A stretch of DNA of 62,193 nucleotides, counting the filler, from Nitrospinota bacterium (GTDB lineage: Bacteria > JAUXIQ01), in NCBI GenBank assembly GCA_030620925.1. It is 11 parts of 11 records of this genome, joined end to end, with 100 filler letters (N's around TTAATTAATTAA, not from the genome) between each part and the next. Parts side by side here need not be neighbours in the genome. Positions count along the whole stretch, not along the records: positions 29,703 to 42,295 come from JAUXIQ010000018.1; positions 42,396 to 48,544 come from JAUXIQ010000133.1; positions 48,645 to 55,487 come from JAUXIQ010000109.1; 8 more parts are not named here. The stretch is one strand, 5' to 3'. Below are positions 41,134 to 49,723 of the stretch, one piece after another; position 1 is the stretch's first letter; every line of letters starts with the position of its first letter. The notes under the pieces are model-generated. The model was given only the letters and a program-made list of their open reading frames with translations, had not been told where the DNA came from and made no database searches. Made by a program: the position numbers and the translations under genes.

Positions 41134-41330
41134 TGTTTCCGAAAACTTTTGGCCGCTGTCTTTTATAATTTAAGAGGGCGGGCATGCTTCCATGCCGGGC
41201 AATGAAATTTTGAGAAGCGGCGTCAGCGGAATATTATTTATATTAGTCTCATTATTGCTCGATGTTGGAATAGCCCGGACGGAGGATATCAGAAATTGCT
41301 CCTCCGCACGATAAGTTAAGGAAGGGGCAG

Positions 41331-42295
41331 ATGCTCATCCTGGCCATAGAGACCTCCTGTGATGACACCTCGGCGGCGGTGGTGGAGGACGGTGTCAACG
41401 TTCTGTCCGGGGTGGTTTCCTCCCAGGTGGAAGTCCACGCCAAATATGGCGGAGTAGTGCCTGAGCTGGCCTGCAGAAAACATATAGAGAACCTGGGGCC
41501 CGTCGTTCAGATGGCCTTAAACGAAGCGGGAGTGAAGCTCGAAGGACTTGATGCGTTGGCCGCCACCGTGGGCCCCGGACTGGTGGGGGCTCTGCTGGTG
41601 GGCCTCAATACCGCCAAGTCCATGTCCTACGCCTTGCGGCTCCCCTTGATCGGGGTTAACCATCTGGAGAGCCACATATTGTCCATATTGCTCGAAAAAC
41701 CTGATGTGCCCTTCCCTTACGTGGCCCTGGTGGTCTCCGGAGGGCATACAAATCTATACCTGGCCGAGGCTCCGTGCAGATATGAGCTGCTGGGCAGGAC
41801 CAGGGACGACGCCGCTGGAGAGGCTTTCGACAAAGTAGCCAAAATGCTGGGCCTGGGATATCCGGGCGGGCCCGTCATAGACCGCATGGCAGGGGAGGGG
41901 AACCCGGAAGCAGTGGACTTCCCCCGGCCCTACATCTCCCCGGACACTCTGGATTTCAGTTTCAGCGGCCTCAAGACGGCGGTCTTCTATTTCCTTCGCG
42001 ATAAGGCGCCCGCGCTGCTGGCCTCAGACGGTCTTACCGACAAACAGAGCCATCAGGTGGGGGAGGGGACCGGCGCAGCCGTCAAAGCAGAGGACGTGGC
42101 GGCCGCATTTCAGAAATCGGCGGTGGAGGTCCTGGTGGCCAAAACCGTTCAGGCCGCTGAGAGCAGAGGGGTGAGCACGGTGGTGACAGCGGGAGGAGTG
42201 GCCGCCAACAGCGCTCTGCGAAAAGAATTGTCGGATGCAGGAGAGGCGGCGGGGCTTCAGGTCTATCACCCTTCTCCGGCTCTCTGCACGGATAA
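41331..42295 (+). CDS. tsaD: tRNA N6-adenosine threonylcarbamoyltransferase, 3' partial
   Basis: LAIETSCDDT, GGVVPE, GPGL, NHLESH, VSGGHT, DDAAGEAFDK and FSFSGLK. Confidence 0.98.
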
Positions 42296-42395
42296 NNNNN
42301 NNNNNNNNNNNNNNNNNNNNNNNNNNNNNNNNNNNNNNNTTAATTAATTAANNNNNNNNNNNNNNNNNNNNNNNNNNNNNNNNNNNNNNNNNNNN
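42296..42395. other. Artificial contig linker
   Basis: N44-TTAATTAATTAA-N44. Confidence 0.99.
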
Positions 42396-43429
42396 ACCTG
42401 TATATCGGGTTTTTCGATGATTTCGCCTATGACCGTCTCCTGAACGCCCTTGCCTTCGAGCGTTTCCAGGAGCTGGTTTTTTTTATCCGCAGGCAATGCT
42501 ATGAGCAGTCCGCCTGAGGTCTGCGGGTCGCAGAGGATGAGCTTCTCCACTTCGGAAAGGGAGTCGTCCCAGGCCACTTTATTTTCCATGTGGTTCATGT
42601 TGTTGTATGCGCCGCCGGGGGCCAAGCCGTCCGCGGCCAGCTCCTTTGCGCCGTCAATCAACGGCACTTGCGATGCGTATATCCTGGCTCCCAGCCCGCT
42701 GGCGCTGGTCATCTCGTGCAGGTGCCCGAGCAGGCCGAAACCGGTTACGTCGGTGCAGGAGTTCACGCCGGTTTCCACCATTGCCTCTGAGGCGTTTTTG
42801 TTGAGCGTTGACATTATCGTCGTCGCTTCTTCTATCAGCGCCTCCGGGGCTTTCTCATGTTTTAAGGCGGTGGTGATTATCCCCAAACCCAGCGGCTTGG
42901 TGAGCACCAATGCGTCGCCGGGTTTGGCGCTGGCGTGGGTCATAATATCTTCCGTCTCGGCTACGGCCACAAGACTGAGGCCGTATTTCGGCTCGGGATC
43001 GTCGATGGTGTGGCCGCCGATTATGGGAATGGAGGCTTCCCTGGCCTTATCCGCTCCACCCTTGAGTATCTCCACCATGATGTCCAAGGAAAGTTTCTTG
43101 GAAGGAAAACCTATCAGGTTGAGTGCCACCAGCGGCTTCACCCCCTTGGCGTAAATGTCGCTCAAGGAGTTGGCGGCGGCTATGGTGCCGAAAGTATAGG
43201 GATCGTCCACCACCGGGGTGAAGAAATCCACCGTGAGTAACAACGCCTGGCCGTTTTCCATGAGGTATACACCTACGTCGTCGGCGGTGTCGGTGCCTAC
43301 CAATACGTTGGGGTCGTCAAACACCGGTAGCTGATCGAGAACTTGCCCCAGCTCCTGGGGGCTAATCTTGCATGCTCAACCTGCGCCGTGGCTGAAAGAA
43401 GTCAACCTGACCTTTTCGTTCTTCGCCAT
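42396..43429 (-). CDS. selD: Selenide, water dikinase (selenophosphate synthetase), selenocysteine-containing, 3' partial
   Basis: From ATG 43429 it reads MAKNEKVRLTSFSHGAG-UGA(43378-43376)-ACKISP, in frame with DFFTPVVDDP, ANSLSD.YA.G, GGHTI, DVTGFGLLGH and DPQTSGGLL. Confidence 0.95.
43341..43370 (-). promoter_or_regulatory. Bacterial SECIS-like hairpin
   Basis: On the mRNA, CCCCAG-GAG-CUGGGG forms a stem-loop whose G-first apical loop starts 21 nt after the UGA. Confidence 0.75.
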
Positions 43430-43511
43430 TTTCTCTTCCCCCCTGTTGAAGTAATGATTTATTTTTTTGACCTATTCTATGAGATATTCTATCATTAATG
43501 AAATATTTTGT

Positions 43512-43540
43512 TCTAATGATTATCATTAATATTATTAATG
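43512..43540. promoter_or_regulatory. Overlapping AT-rich palindromic operator(s) between selD and lysR
   Basis: TAATGAT-T-ATCATTA (43514-43528) and CATTAAT-ATT-ATTAATG (43524-43540). Confidence 0.5.
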
Positions 43541-43553
43541 GAAGGGATAGACT

Positions 43554-44468
43554 ATGAACCTTCATCAATTGAAAATATTCAGAGCAGTGGCCAGGCTCAG
43601 GAACTTCACCAGAGCTTCCGAGGAGCTGCACCTGAGTCAACCCTCAGTCTCGGTGCAATTGAAGCAACTCGAAGATCACCTGGAGGTGGGTCTGGTGGAG
43701 AGGGCGGGGAGGGAAACCGTCCTTACCGATGCCGGGCGCATCCTTGAGGGTTATGCCGACCGTGTGTTCGCTATATTGGAAGAGGCTCGGGAAGCACTGG
43801 AGGACTTGAAAGGTCTCAGGGCGGGCTTGCTTGCCGTAGGGGCCAGCACCACACCGGGGGTTTATCTGGTGCCCGGGGTTATGAGTGTATATCGGGGCCG
43901 ATACCCTGAGGTGAAGCTGTCCCTGAGCATATCCAACACTGCTGAGATAGAGCGCCGTATCATCCGTAATGAGCTGGATATCGGGTTCATCGGGGAGGAA
44001 CTGGAGCACCCGGAAATAATCGCCCGACGGATAATGGAGGACGAGATATTCCTGGTGGCCCCCTGGGGTAGCGACCTGGGGGCCGGAGGTAAAACCATCA
44101 GTCCGAAAGAGCTGGAGGGCAGGAGTTTCATAATGCGGGAGAAAGGTTCCGCCACCCGACGCTGCGTGGAAGAGGCGTTTGGTCGGGCAGGCTTCGGAAT
44201 AAACATTATGATGGAGCTGGAAACCCCCGAGGCGGCTAAACAGGCGGTGGTTGAGGGGCTGGGGCTGTCCTTTATGTCCGGGCTCGCGGTGCGAGGCGAA
44301 TTGGGCGAAGACAGGCTGAGAGCGTTGAGGGTGAGGGGCGTGAGGATCACCCGTCCCTTAAACCTCATTTACAGGAAAGGCAAACGTTTTTCCAGGGCCG
44401 TCGAGGCTTTCCTGGCCCTGGTGGAGGAATTGCAGATCAACCATTCAGCCGGTGGGCATTTTCTTTGA
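43554..44468 (+). CDS. LysR family transcriptional regulator (CysL/CmpR-like), divergent from selD
   Basis: MNLHQL..F..VA...NFTRA...L.LSQP.VS.Q.K.LE, GASTTPG.Y and REKGSATR. Confidence 0.93.
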   Translation: MNLHQLKIFRAVARLRNFTRASEELHLSQPSVSVQLKQLEDHLEVGLVERAGRETVLTDAGRILEGYADRVFAILEEAREALEDLKGLRAGLLAVGASTTPGVYLVPGVMSVYRGRYPEVKLSLSISNTAEIERRIIRNELDIGFIGEELEHPEIIARRIMEDEIFLVAPWGSDLGAGGKTISPKELEGRSFIMREKGSATRRCVEEAFGRAGFGINIMMELETPEAAKQAVVEGLGLSFMSGLAVRGELGEDRLRALRVRGVRITRPLNLIYRKGKRFSRAVEAFLALVEELQINHSAGGHFL

Positions 44469-44560
44469 AAAATGGGGCTATTCCTGATAATATCAACCAG
44501 CTCAATGCAGAGGAGCGGATCGAGTTCCTTTTCAACTTCCTTGCCCTGGAGGTTTTAGAT

Positions 44561-45721
44561 ATGAGAGACGTTTCGATTATAGGCGTGGGGACCACGCCGT
44601 TTAGCAAACACAAAGAGCGGGGTATTGCGGACCTGTCCCTTGAGGCGGGCCGCAAAGCCATCGAGGACGCGGGCATCGACAAGAGCAAGATCGAAGCCCT
44701 TTATCTGGGCAACTACGCCGCGGAAGCCCTGGTAGGGCAAGGCTCTCTGGCGGCGATTACGGGGAGAAACCTGGGGCTGGGCCAGATACCCTGCACCAGG
44801 ACGGAGGGAGCATGCGCCAGCGCGGGGATCGCTCTGCGGGAATCGTTCCTCACCATCGCCGCCGGTATTTACGACGTGGTCATAGCGGTGGGCGCGGAGC
44901 AGATGAGCACCTGCTCCACGGGGGTGGTCACCTCGGTTCTTGCCGGCGCCGGGGATACCACCATGGACAACATCTACGGGCTGACATTCCCGGGCTTTTT
45001 CGGCCTGGTATTGCGCAAGCACATGGAGGAGTTCGGCACCACCAGGGACCAGGTGTCCTGCGTGTCGGTCAAGAACCACCACAACGGCGCCACCAACCCC
45101 ATCGCCTACCTCAAGGACGAAATAACGGTGGAGGGGGTGAACGAGTCGCGCTTCATCGCCGATCCGTTGACCCTATACGATTGCTGCCCCATAACCGACG
45201 GCGCCGTGGCGATGGTGCTATGTCCTTCTGATATGGCCCGCGACCTGTGCAAGAAGCCGGTGAAGGTCGTCGGCTCCGGCCACGCCATCGGGACCACCAG
45301 CATACTGCAGATGGAATCCTTCACCACCTTCCCGGCCACCTTAAAAGCCGCCGAAATGGCATATCAGATGGCGGGGGTGAAACCTGAGGACATAGACGTG
45401 GTGGAGCTGCACGACTGCTTCACCATAGCCGAGATAGTGGACAGCGAAGACCTGGGGCTGTTCGAGAAAGGCGAAGGCGGCCCGGCGGTGGAAAGCGGCC
45501 GGACGGCCGTAGACGGCGAACTTCCCATCAACCCCAGCGGGGGCCTAATCTCACGCGGTCATCCGGTGGGGGCCACGGGTTTGGCCCAGGTCTATGAGCT
45601 GGTTCTTCAACTGAAGGGTGAGGCGGCCAACCAGGTCAAGAACCCTGAGCTGGGTCTGGCCCATAATCTGGGCGGTTCCGGCGCGGTATCCACGGTGCAT
45701 ATTCTGTCAAAAGACTTTTAA
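44561..45721 (+). CDS. Thiolase, SCP2/archaeal type
   Basis: EGACASAG, KNH.NG..NP.A, DCCPITDGA, ELHDCF and NPSGGL...GHPVGATG. Start at ATG 44561 after GGAGG. Confidence 0.92.
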   Translation: MRDVSIIGVGTTPFSKHKERGIADLSLEAGRKAIEDAGIDKSKIEALYLGNYAAEALVGQGSLAAITGRNLGLGQIPCTRTEGACASAGIALRESFLTIAAGIYDVVIAVGAEQMSTCSTGVVTSVLAGAGDTTMDNIYGLTFPGFFGLVLRKHMEEFGTTRDQVSCVSVKNHHNGATNPIAYLKDEITVEGVNESRFIADPLTLYDCCPITDGAVAMVLCPSDMARDLCKKPVKVVGSGHAIGTTSILQMESFTTFPATLKAAEMAYQMAGVKPEDIDVVELHDCFTIAEIVDSEDLGLFEKGEGGPAVESGRTAVDGELPINPSGGLISRGHPVGATGLAQVYELVLQLKGEAANQVKNPELGLAHNLGGSGAVSTVHILSKDF

Positions 45722-45732
45722 AAGGATAAGCG

Positions 45733-46068
45733 ATGAACGAGCAAACGGTGACTTCTCCCATAAAGAAGTGTCAGCAGTGCGGAAGGATGCTTCCTCAGGC
45801 CGCTCTGTCCTGCTTCTCCTGCGGGGCCTATGAATTTGAGGCGGCGGAGCCTCCCGACAGCGGGAAGGTATATTCCTATACCACCATCCGCGTGCCACCG
45901 GAGGGTTTTAACGATAACCAACCCTATAACGTGGTGGTGGTGGAGATTGCCGAAGGCATGCGGCTTTTGGCCATCCAGACCGAAGACGTGGAAGGCAGCC
46001 TGGAAATTAATGACAGCGTAGGGCTGGAGATGGGGGCCACGGGGCTGCTGACCGCTAAGAAAAGATGA
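45733..46068 (+). CDS. DUF35 family Zn-ribbon/OB-fold protein (thiolase partner)
   Basis: CQQCG...C.SCG, GKVYSYTTI..PP.GF...PY.V.VVE. Confidence 0.9.
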   Translation: MNEQTVTSPIKKCQQCGRMLPQAALSCFSCGAYEFEAAEPPDSGKVYSYTTIRVPPEGFNDNQPYNVVVVEIAEGMRLLAIQTEDVEGSLEINDSVGLEMGATGLLTAKKR

Positions 46069-46111
46069 AGTATTTCAGGGGAACCTTTCTGTATTTTGCT
46101 GATGGAGGAAC

Positions 46112-46192
46112 AATCGTGGTCCCGCCTGCCGCGGGATGTCGCTCCTGCATCAGGTGAAACCAGCTACCGCAGGAGCGCCTTCCAGGCGCGAC
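46112..46192. repeat. Inverted pair of REP-like elements, the left copy interrupted by a mini-palindrome
   Basis: AATCGTGG[TCCCGCCTGCCGCGGGA]TGTCGCTCCTGC followed by GCAGGAGCGCCTTCCAGGCGCGAC (46169-46192). Confidence 0.7.
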
Positions 46193-46285
46193 CGGTGATA
46201 TGATGTTTTCCTAAAAATTGTTAGAGGGAGTCTTTTTTTGCTGAAGTTTCCTCAAAACATCGAAGCGTGAAGGGGAGGAAGGATA

Positions 46286-46963
46286 ATGTCCGGGGAAAGG
46301 ATTTTCACGGATCAGGAGCTTAAGGAGATGGGGATGAGAACGGTGGATACCGTCATCTCCGCCATAGACGCCGGTGATTATGAGAAAGCCAAGAAACTGA
46401 GCCGCAGGATGTATAAAGAGTTCGAGTCCATGCACGACCTGTACAGGGATTGGACCACATCGCTGATGAGCTTTATATACAAGCGATACGGCGATGAAGC
46501 CCTCTACGAGTCGCTTTCGGAGAGTTGCGGCTCATGGATCTCGCCGCTTCTCGAGCTGTACGAACAGACGCCGGACCCAAAAAGGCGCGCCAAGATGCTG
46601 GCCGCGGGGTTGAGGGGACACCTCCAACCGGTGGAAATAGAGGAGGACGACGAAAAATTCATCTTCAGGATGACCCCCTGCGGCAGCGGCGGCCGCCTGA
46701 TACGGGAAGGCTGCTACGAGCCGCCCAAGAATTTCGCCAGGGTGAAAAATGCCCAGGCCATGACCTACGGAATCGACGACCTGCCCATCTACTGCTCACA
46801 CTGCCCGTTTCAGGAGATCATACCCGTCGAATTGAAGGGATACCCTCTGTTCGTCACCATCCCCTCCGGGAAACTTGGCGAGGAACCTTGCGACGTATAT
46901 CTTTACAAAGATATGAACGGAGTTCCGGAGGAGTATTTCAGCCGCGTAGGCAAAACCAAGTGA
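46286..46963 (+). CDS. Hypothetical protein with Cys/His motifs
   Basis: 225-aa ORF with a strong RBS (GGAGGAAGG). Motifs MHD, PCGSGG, YCSHC and PC. Confidence 0.8.
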   Translation: MSGERIFTDQELKEMGMRTVDTVISAIDAGDYEKAKKLSRRMYKEFESMHDLYRDWTTSLMSFIYKRYGDEALYESLSESCGSWISPLLELYEQTPDPKRRAKMLAAGLRGHLQPVEIEEDDEKFIFRMTPCGSGGRLIREGCYEPPKNFARVKNAQAMTYGIDDLPIYCSHCPFQEIIPVELKGYPLFVTIPSGKLGEEPCDVYLYKDMNGVPEEYFSRVGKTK

Positions 46964-47025
46964 TGCAGGATGCACGATACGGGATGCATGTAGGGGCGTG
47001 CCGCGGGACTGCGCCCCTTTCTTAG

Positions 47026-47817
47026 TCAAGAGGTCCTACGGGCGGTAACTATAAACCCTGAGTGGGCCACCATGCGGTGGAAAGGCCGCACGCTGCGGCC
47101 CTGAATATTCCACGGGCGTAAGATCACTTCCAGGGACTCCACCAACTGATATGACCCCTGGTTCCTGAGAGCTTCCACGACGTTCTGCACCTGTACCACA
47201 GTGGGCACGAAGCACAGGAATACCCCTCCCGGTGTCAGGGTCCGGGCGGCCGCATCCACCACATCCCAGGGCCGCACCAGATCCAGGATGACCCTATCCA
47301 GACCTTCTTCTTCTATACCTTCATATACGTCTTTCAGCTTGAGCACCAGATTTTCCGTCTCTCCCATGAAACGTTTAATGTTCTTCATGGCCCATTTGGC
47401 CATGTCCTCTCGTATTTCATACGAGTAGACGGTCCCTTTCTCACCTACCGCCCGCAGCAGGGCCATAGTCAGGGCGCCTGAGCCCGTTCCCGCCTCAAGC
47501 ACGCGGGCCCCCGGGAAAACATCAGCCCATATTAATATTATCCCCATGTCTTTGGGATAGATGATCTGCGTCCTGCGGGGCATCTTCATCACGAAGTCCC
47601 GCAGCAGCGGGCGGAAGACGTAGCAAGTTATTTCCGATGAAGAGATGACACCGCTGCCCTCCTTCTTCCCCAGCACCTCGTCGTGCTTTATCACACCCTT
47701 GTGGAAATGGAATTCTCCTCCTTGTTCAAGGGTGAAGTAGTAGGACTTCCCCCGGTCGTCTATAAGGGCCACTCTCTCACCCTCTCGCAAAGGAGAAGTC
47801 CCCCTGGATTCCATCAT
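47026..47817 (-). CDS. trmI: tRNA (adenine(58)-N1)-methyltransferase
   Basis: MPRRTQIIYPKD, VLEAGTGSGALT, YEIRED, LDL..PW and RP.HRMVAHSGF. Confidence 0.93.
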   Translation of the reverse strand: MMESRGTSPLREGERVALIDDRGKSYYFTLEQGGEFHFHKGVIKHDEVLGKKEGSGVISSSEITCYVFRPLLRDFVMKMPRRTQIIYPKDMGIILIWADVFPGARVLEAGTGSGALTMALLRAVGEKGTVYSYEIREDMAKWAMKNIKRFMGETENLVLKLKDVYEGIEEEGLDRVILDLVRPWDVVDAAARTLTPGGVFLCFVPTVVQVQNVVEALRNQGSYQLVESLEVILRPWNIQGRSVRPFHRMVAHSGFIVTARRTS

Positions 47818-48219
47818 AATTTACCGATCTCCTCATACATATCAGCTATAAGAGTCAGGCGGCAGCCGCCGGTTCGCCCGTCTATTATAATCTAAATTGA
47901 ACAACGGGTGTAGAAAGATGAATTACTGCCGATATTATAAAACAGAACCTTTAACTCCCGTGAATAATGGTAGCAGAAGGAGCGGCAAAATTAAAGTTGT
48001 ATAACTTGATGCCGGCAGAAGAAACTGACCGGAATATTTTTTTAAATTGAGTGTGAGAATTTTATATGGTTGTAAATGCTATGAATTGTCTATAGGATGT
48101 GTATTGTCTTACAGATTTGTGCTGTATTTTACATATATAGCTGGAATTTCAATGGTAACGATTCCCTACGATTAAAGCTGTGATGGATGAAGAAAACATA
48201 ATGTATGGTAATTTTCCAA

Positions 48220-48248
48220 TTGACAATAAAACAATATATTTCTAATAT
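48220..48248 (+). promoter_or_regulatory. sigma70-type promoter
   Basis: TTGACA-17 bp-TAATAT, with TATAAT 3 bp further on, in a very AT-rich region. Confidence 0.55.
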
Positions 48249-48310
48249 AATTAATAGTTTTATATATTTAAGTAGTTTTATTAAAAAAAATTATGGGTTT
48301 TTTTGGAAGG

Positions 48311-48418
48311 CAGCTACTAGTTGAGACGCTGATGACCATCCGGCTCGTTAGCCACTGGATTAAAACAGATAGTGGAGGATGCTCGAAGGATTACAGGGAT
48401 AATCTTTTAGTAGAGCTC
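48311..48418 (+). ncRNA. Candidate structured 5' leader RNA (three-way junction), family not recognised
   Basis: Hand-folded stems: CTACTAG/TTAGTAG, TGACCATCC/GGATGCTCG (inner CCACT/AGTGG) and AGGATTA/TAATCTT with a CAGGGA loop. Confidence 0.4.
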
Positions 48419-48450
48419 TACCGATAGATTTATTATTGGGAGTGGCGATA

Positions 48451-48544
48451 GTGAAGGTAAATTGTAAGCTACGATCATTAATAGTAATGCTGTTTATACT
48501 GATGGCGATGGGGTTGGCGGCCAAGCCCCCGGCGGCCGATGCGG
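48451..48544 (+). CDS. Secreted protein, N-terminal signal peptide only (3' partial)
   Basis: GTG start after GGGAG. MKVNCKLRSLIVMLFILMAMGLAAKPPAADA runs into a linker. Confidence 0.55.
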
Positions 48545-48644
48545 NNNNNNNNNNNNNNNNNNNNNNNNNNNNNNNNNNNNNNNNNNNNTTAATTAATTAA
48601 NNNNNNNNNNNNNNNNNNNNNNNNNNNNNNNNNNNNNNNNNNNN
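48545..48644. other. Artificial contig linker
   Basis: N44-TTAATTAATTAA-N44. Confidence 0.99.
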
Positions 48645-48645
48645 T

Positions 48646-49635
48646 GTCGGCATCGGAGTAAGCTCCTTCATGGGCGGGACGCTCATCTACCCTAACAGCT
48701 CATCCGCAGTAGTTAAATTGAATGAAGACGGCACGGCCACCCTGCTCACAGGGGCCTTGGATATCGGACAGGGCGCAGAGACCATCCTGTGTCAGATAGT
48801 GGCTGAGGAGCTTAAGATACCTATTGAAGAGATCCAGGTGATTGCCGCGGATACGGAAACGACCCCCGTGGATATAGGGTCATGGATCAGCGGTAACGCT
48901 TACGTTACAGGCAACGCAACCCGTGTCGGGGCCACCGAGGTGCGCAGGAAACTGCTCGATATCGCCGCCGAGGAGATGGAAGCCAACGTTGAAGACCTCA
49001 TTCTGGAAGATAAAAGCGTCTACGTTGCAGGTTCTCCCGACAAAAGGCTGACCTACCGGCAACTGATCGCCGGCAGTATTCAGAAACACCGGGGTGACCC
49101 GATTATCGGGGAAGGCCACTGGCGCACCATGCGCGACGAGCCGATTCACCCCAGCCTGTCTTCTACCAAGGGCCGCTGGACCGAAAACTACTCCTTCGAC
49201 GCACAGGTAGCGGAAGTGGAGGTGAATATAGACACCGGTATGGTGCGGCTGGTGCGCGCCGTAACCGCCCATGACTGCGGATTCCCCATCAACCCGCTCC
49301 TGGTGGAAGGGCAGATCGACGGACAAATTTCCATGGCCCTGGGTCATGCCCTGATGGAAGAGGTCATGATGAAAGATGGTCGGACACTCAATCCGAGCTG
49401 GCTGGACTACCGTATGCCCACTATCCATAACATCGCTGTCTCGGAACATATCGACGTCATCACTGAGAGCTATAAAAAAGATAAGCCCTACCGGACCAAG
49501 GAAGTGGGTGAAGGGTATGTCTCAGGGATATTAGCCGCCATCGCCAACGCCATCTACGATGCCGTGGGGGTCAGGCTCTACTCCACGCCTTTCACCCCGG
49601 AAAAAATCCTGCGGGGATTGGGTAAAATCAAATAA
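48646..49635 (+). CDS. Xanthine dehydrogenase family molybdopterin-binding subunit (4-hydroxybenzoyl-CoA reductase alpha-like), 5' partial
   Basis: DIGQG.ET, DT..TP.D.G, AHDCG..INP..VEGQ, DYRMPT, KEVGE and ANAIYDAVGVR. Confidence 0.88.
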   Translation, partial: VGIGVSSFMGGTLIYPNSSSAVVKLNEDGTATLLTGALDIGQGAETILCQIVAEELKIPIEEIQVIAADTETTPVDIGSWISGNAYVTGNATRVGATEVRRKLLDIAAEEMEANVEDLILEDKSVYVAGSPDKRLTYRQLIAGSIQKHRGDPIIGEGHWRTMRDEPIHPSLSSTKGRWTENYSFDAQVAEVEVNIDTGMVRLVRAVTAHDCGFPINPLLVEGQIDGQISMALGHALMEEVMMKDGRTLNPSWLDYRMPTIHNIAVSEHIDVITESYKKDKPYRTKEVGEGYVSGILAAIANAIYDAVGVRLYSTPFTPEKILRGLGKIK

Positions 49636-49723
49636 CTCTGAAGAACGTTCCCGAGAAGAGTCCGACATTTCGCCTGCAGAGGTGTTGCGGCGGGGCGTTT
49701 TAAATTCACCTGATATTGTTTGC

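Noticed and set aside
43376..43378. In-frame stop in selD suggesting a pseudogene
   Set aside because: The UGA sits exactly at the catalytic residue and is followed by a SECIS-like hairpin, which indicates selenocysteine recoding.
48329..48413. CTGATGA...GAA resembling a hammerhead ribozyme core, and GCTGATGAC resembling the fluoride riboswitch 3' part
   Set aside because: Stem II would open with a C-C mismatch, GAAA is GAAG, and no stem I can form. The fluoride aptamer's 5' GGCGATGG element is absent upstream. It is kept only as an unassigned structured leader.
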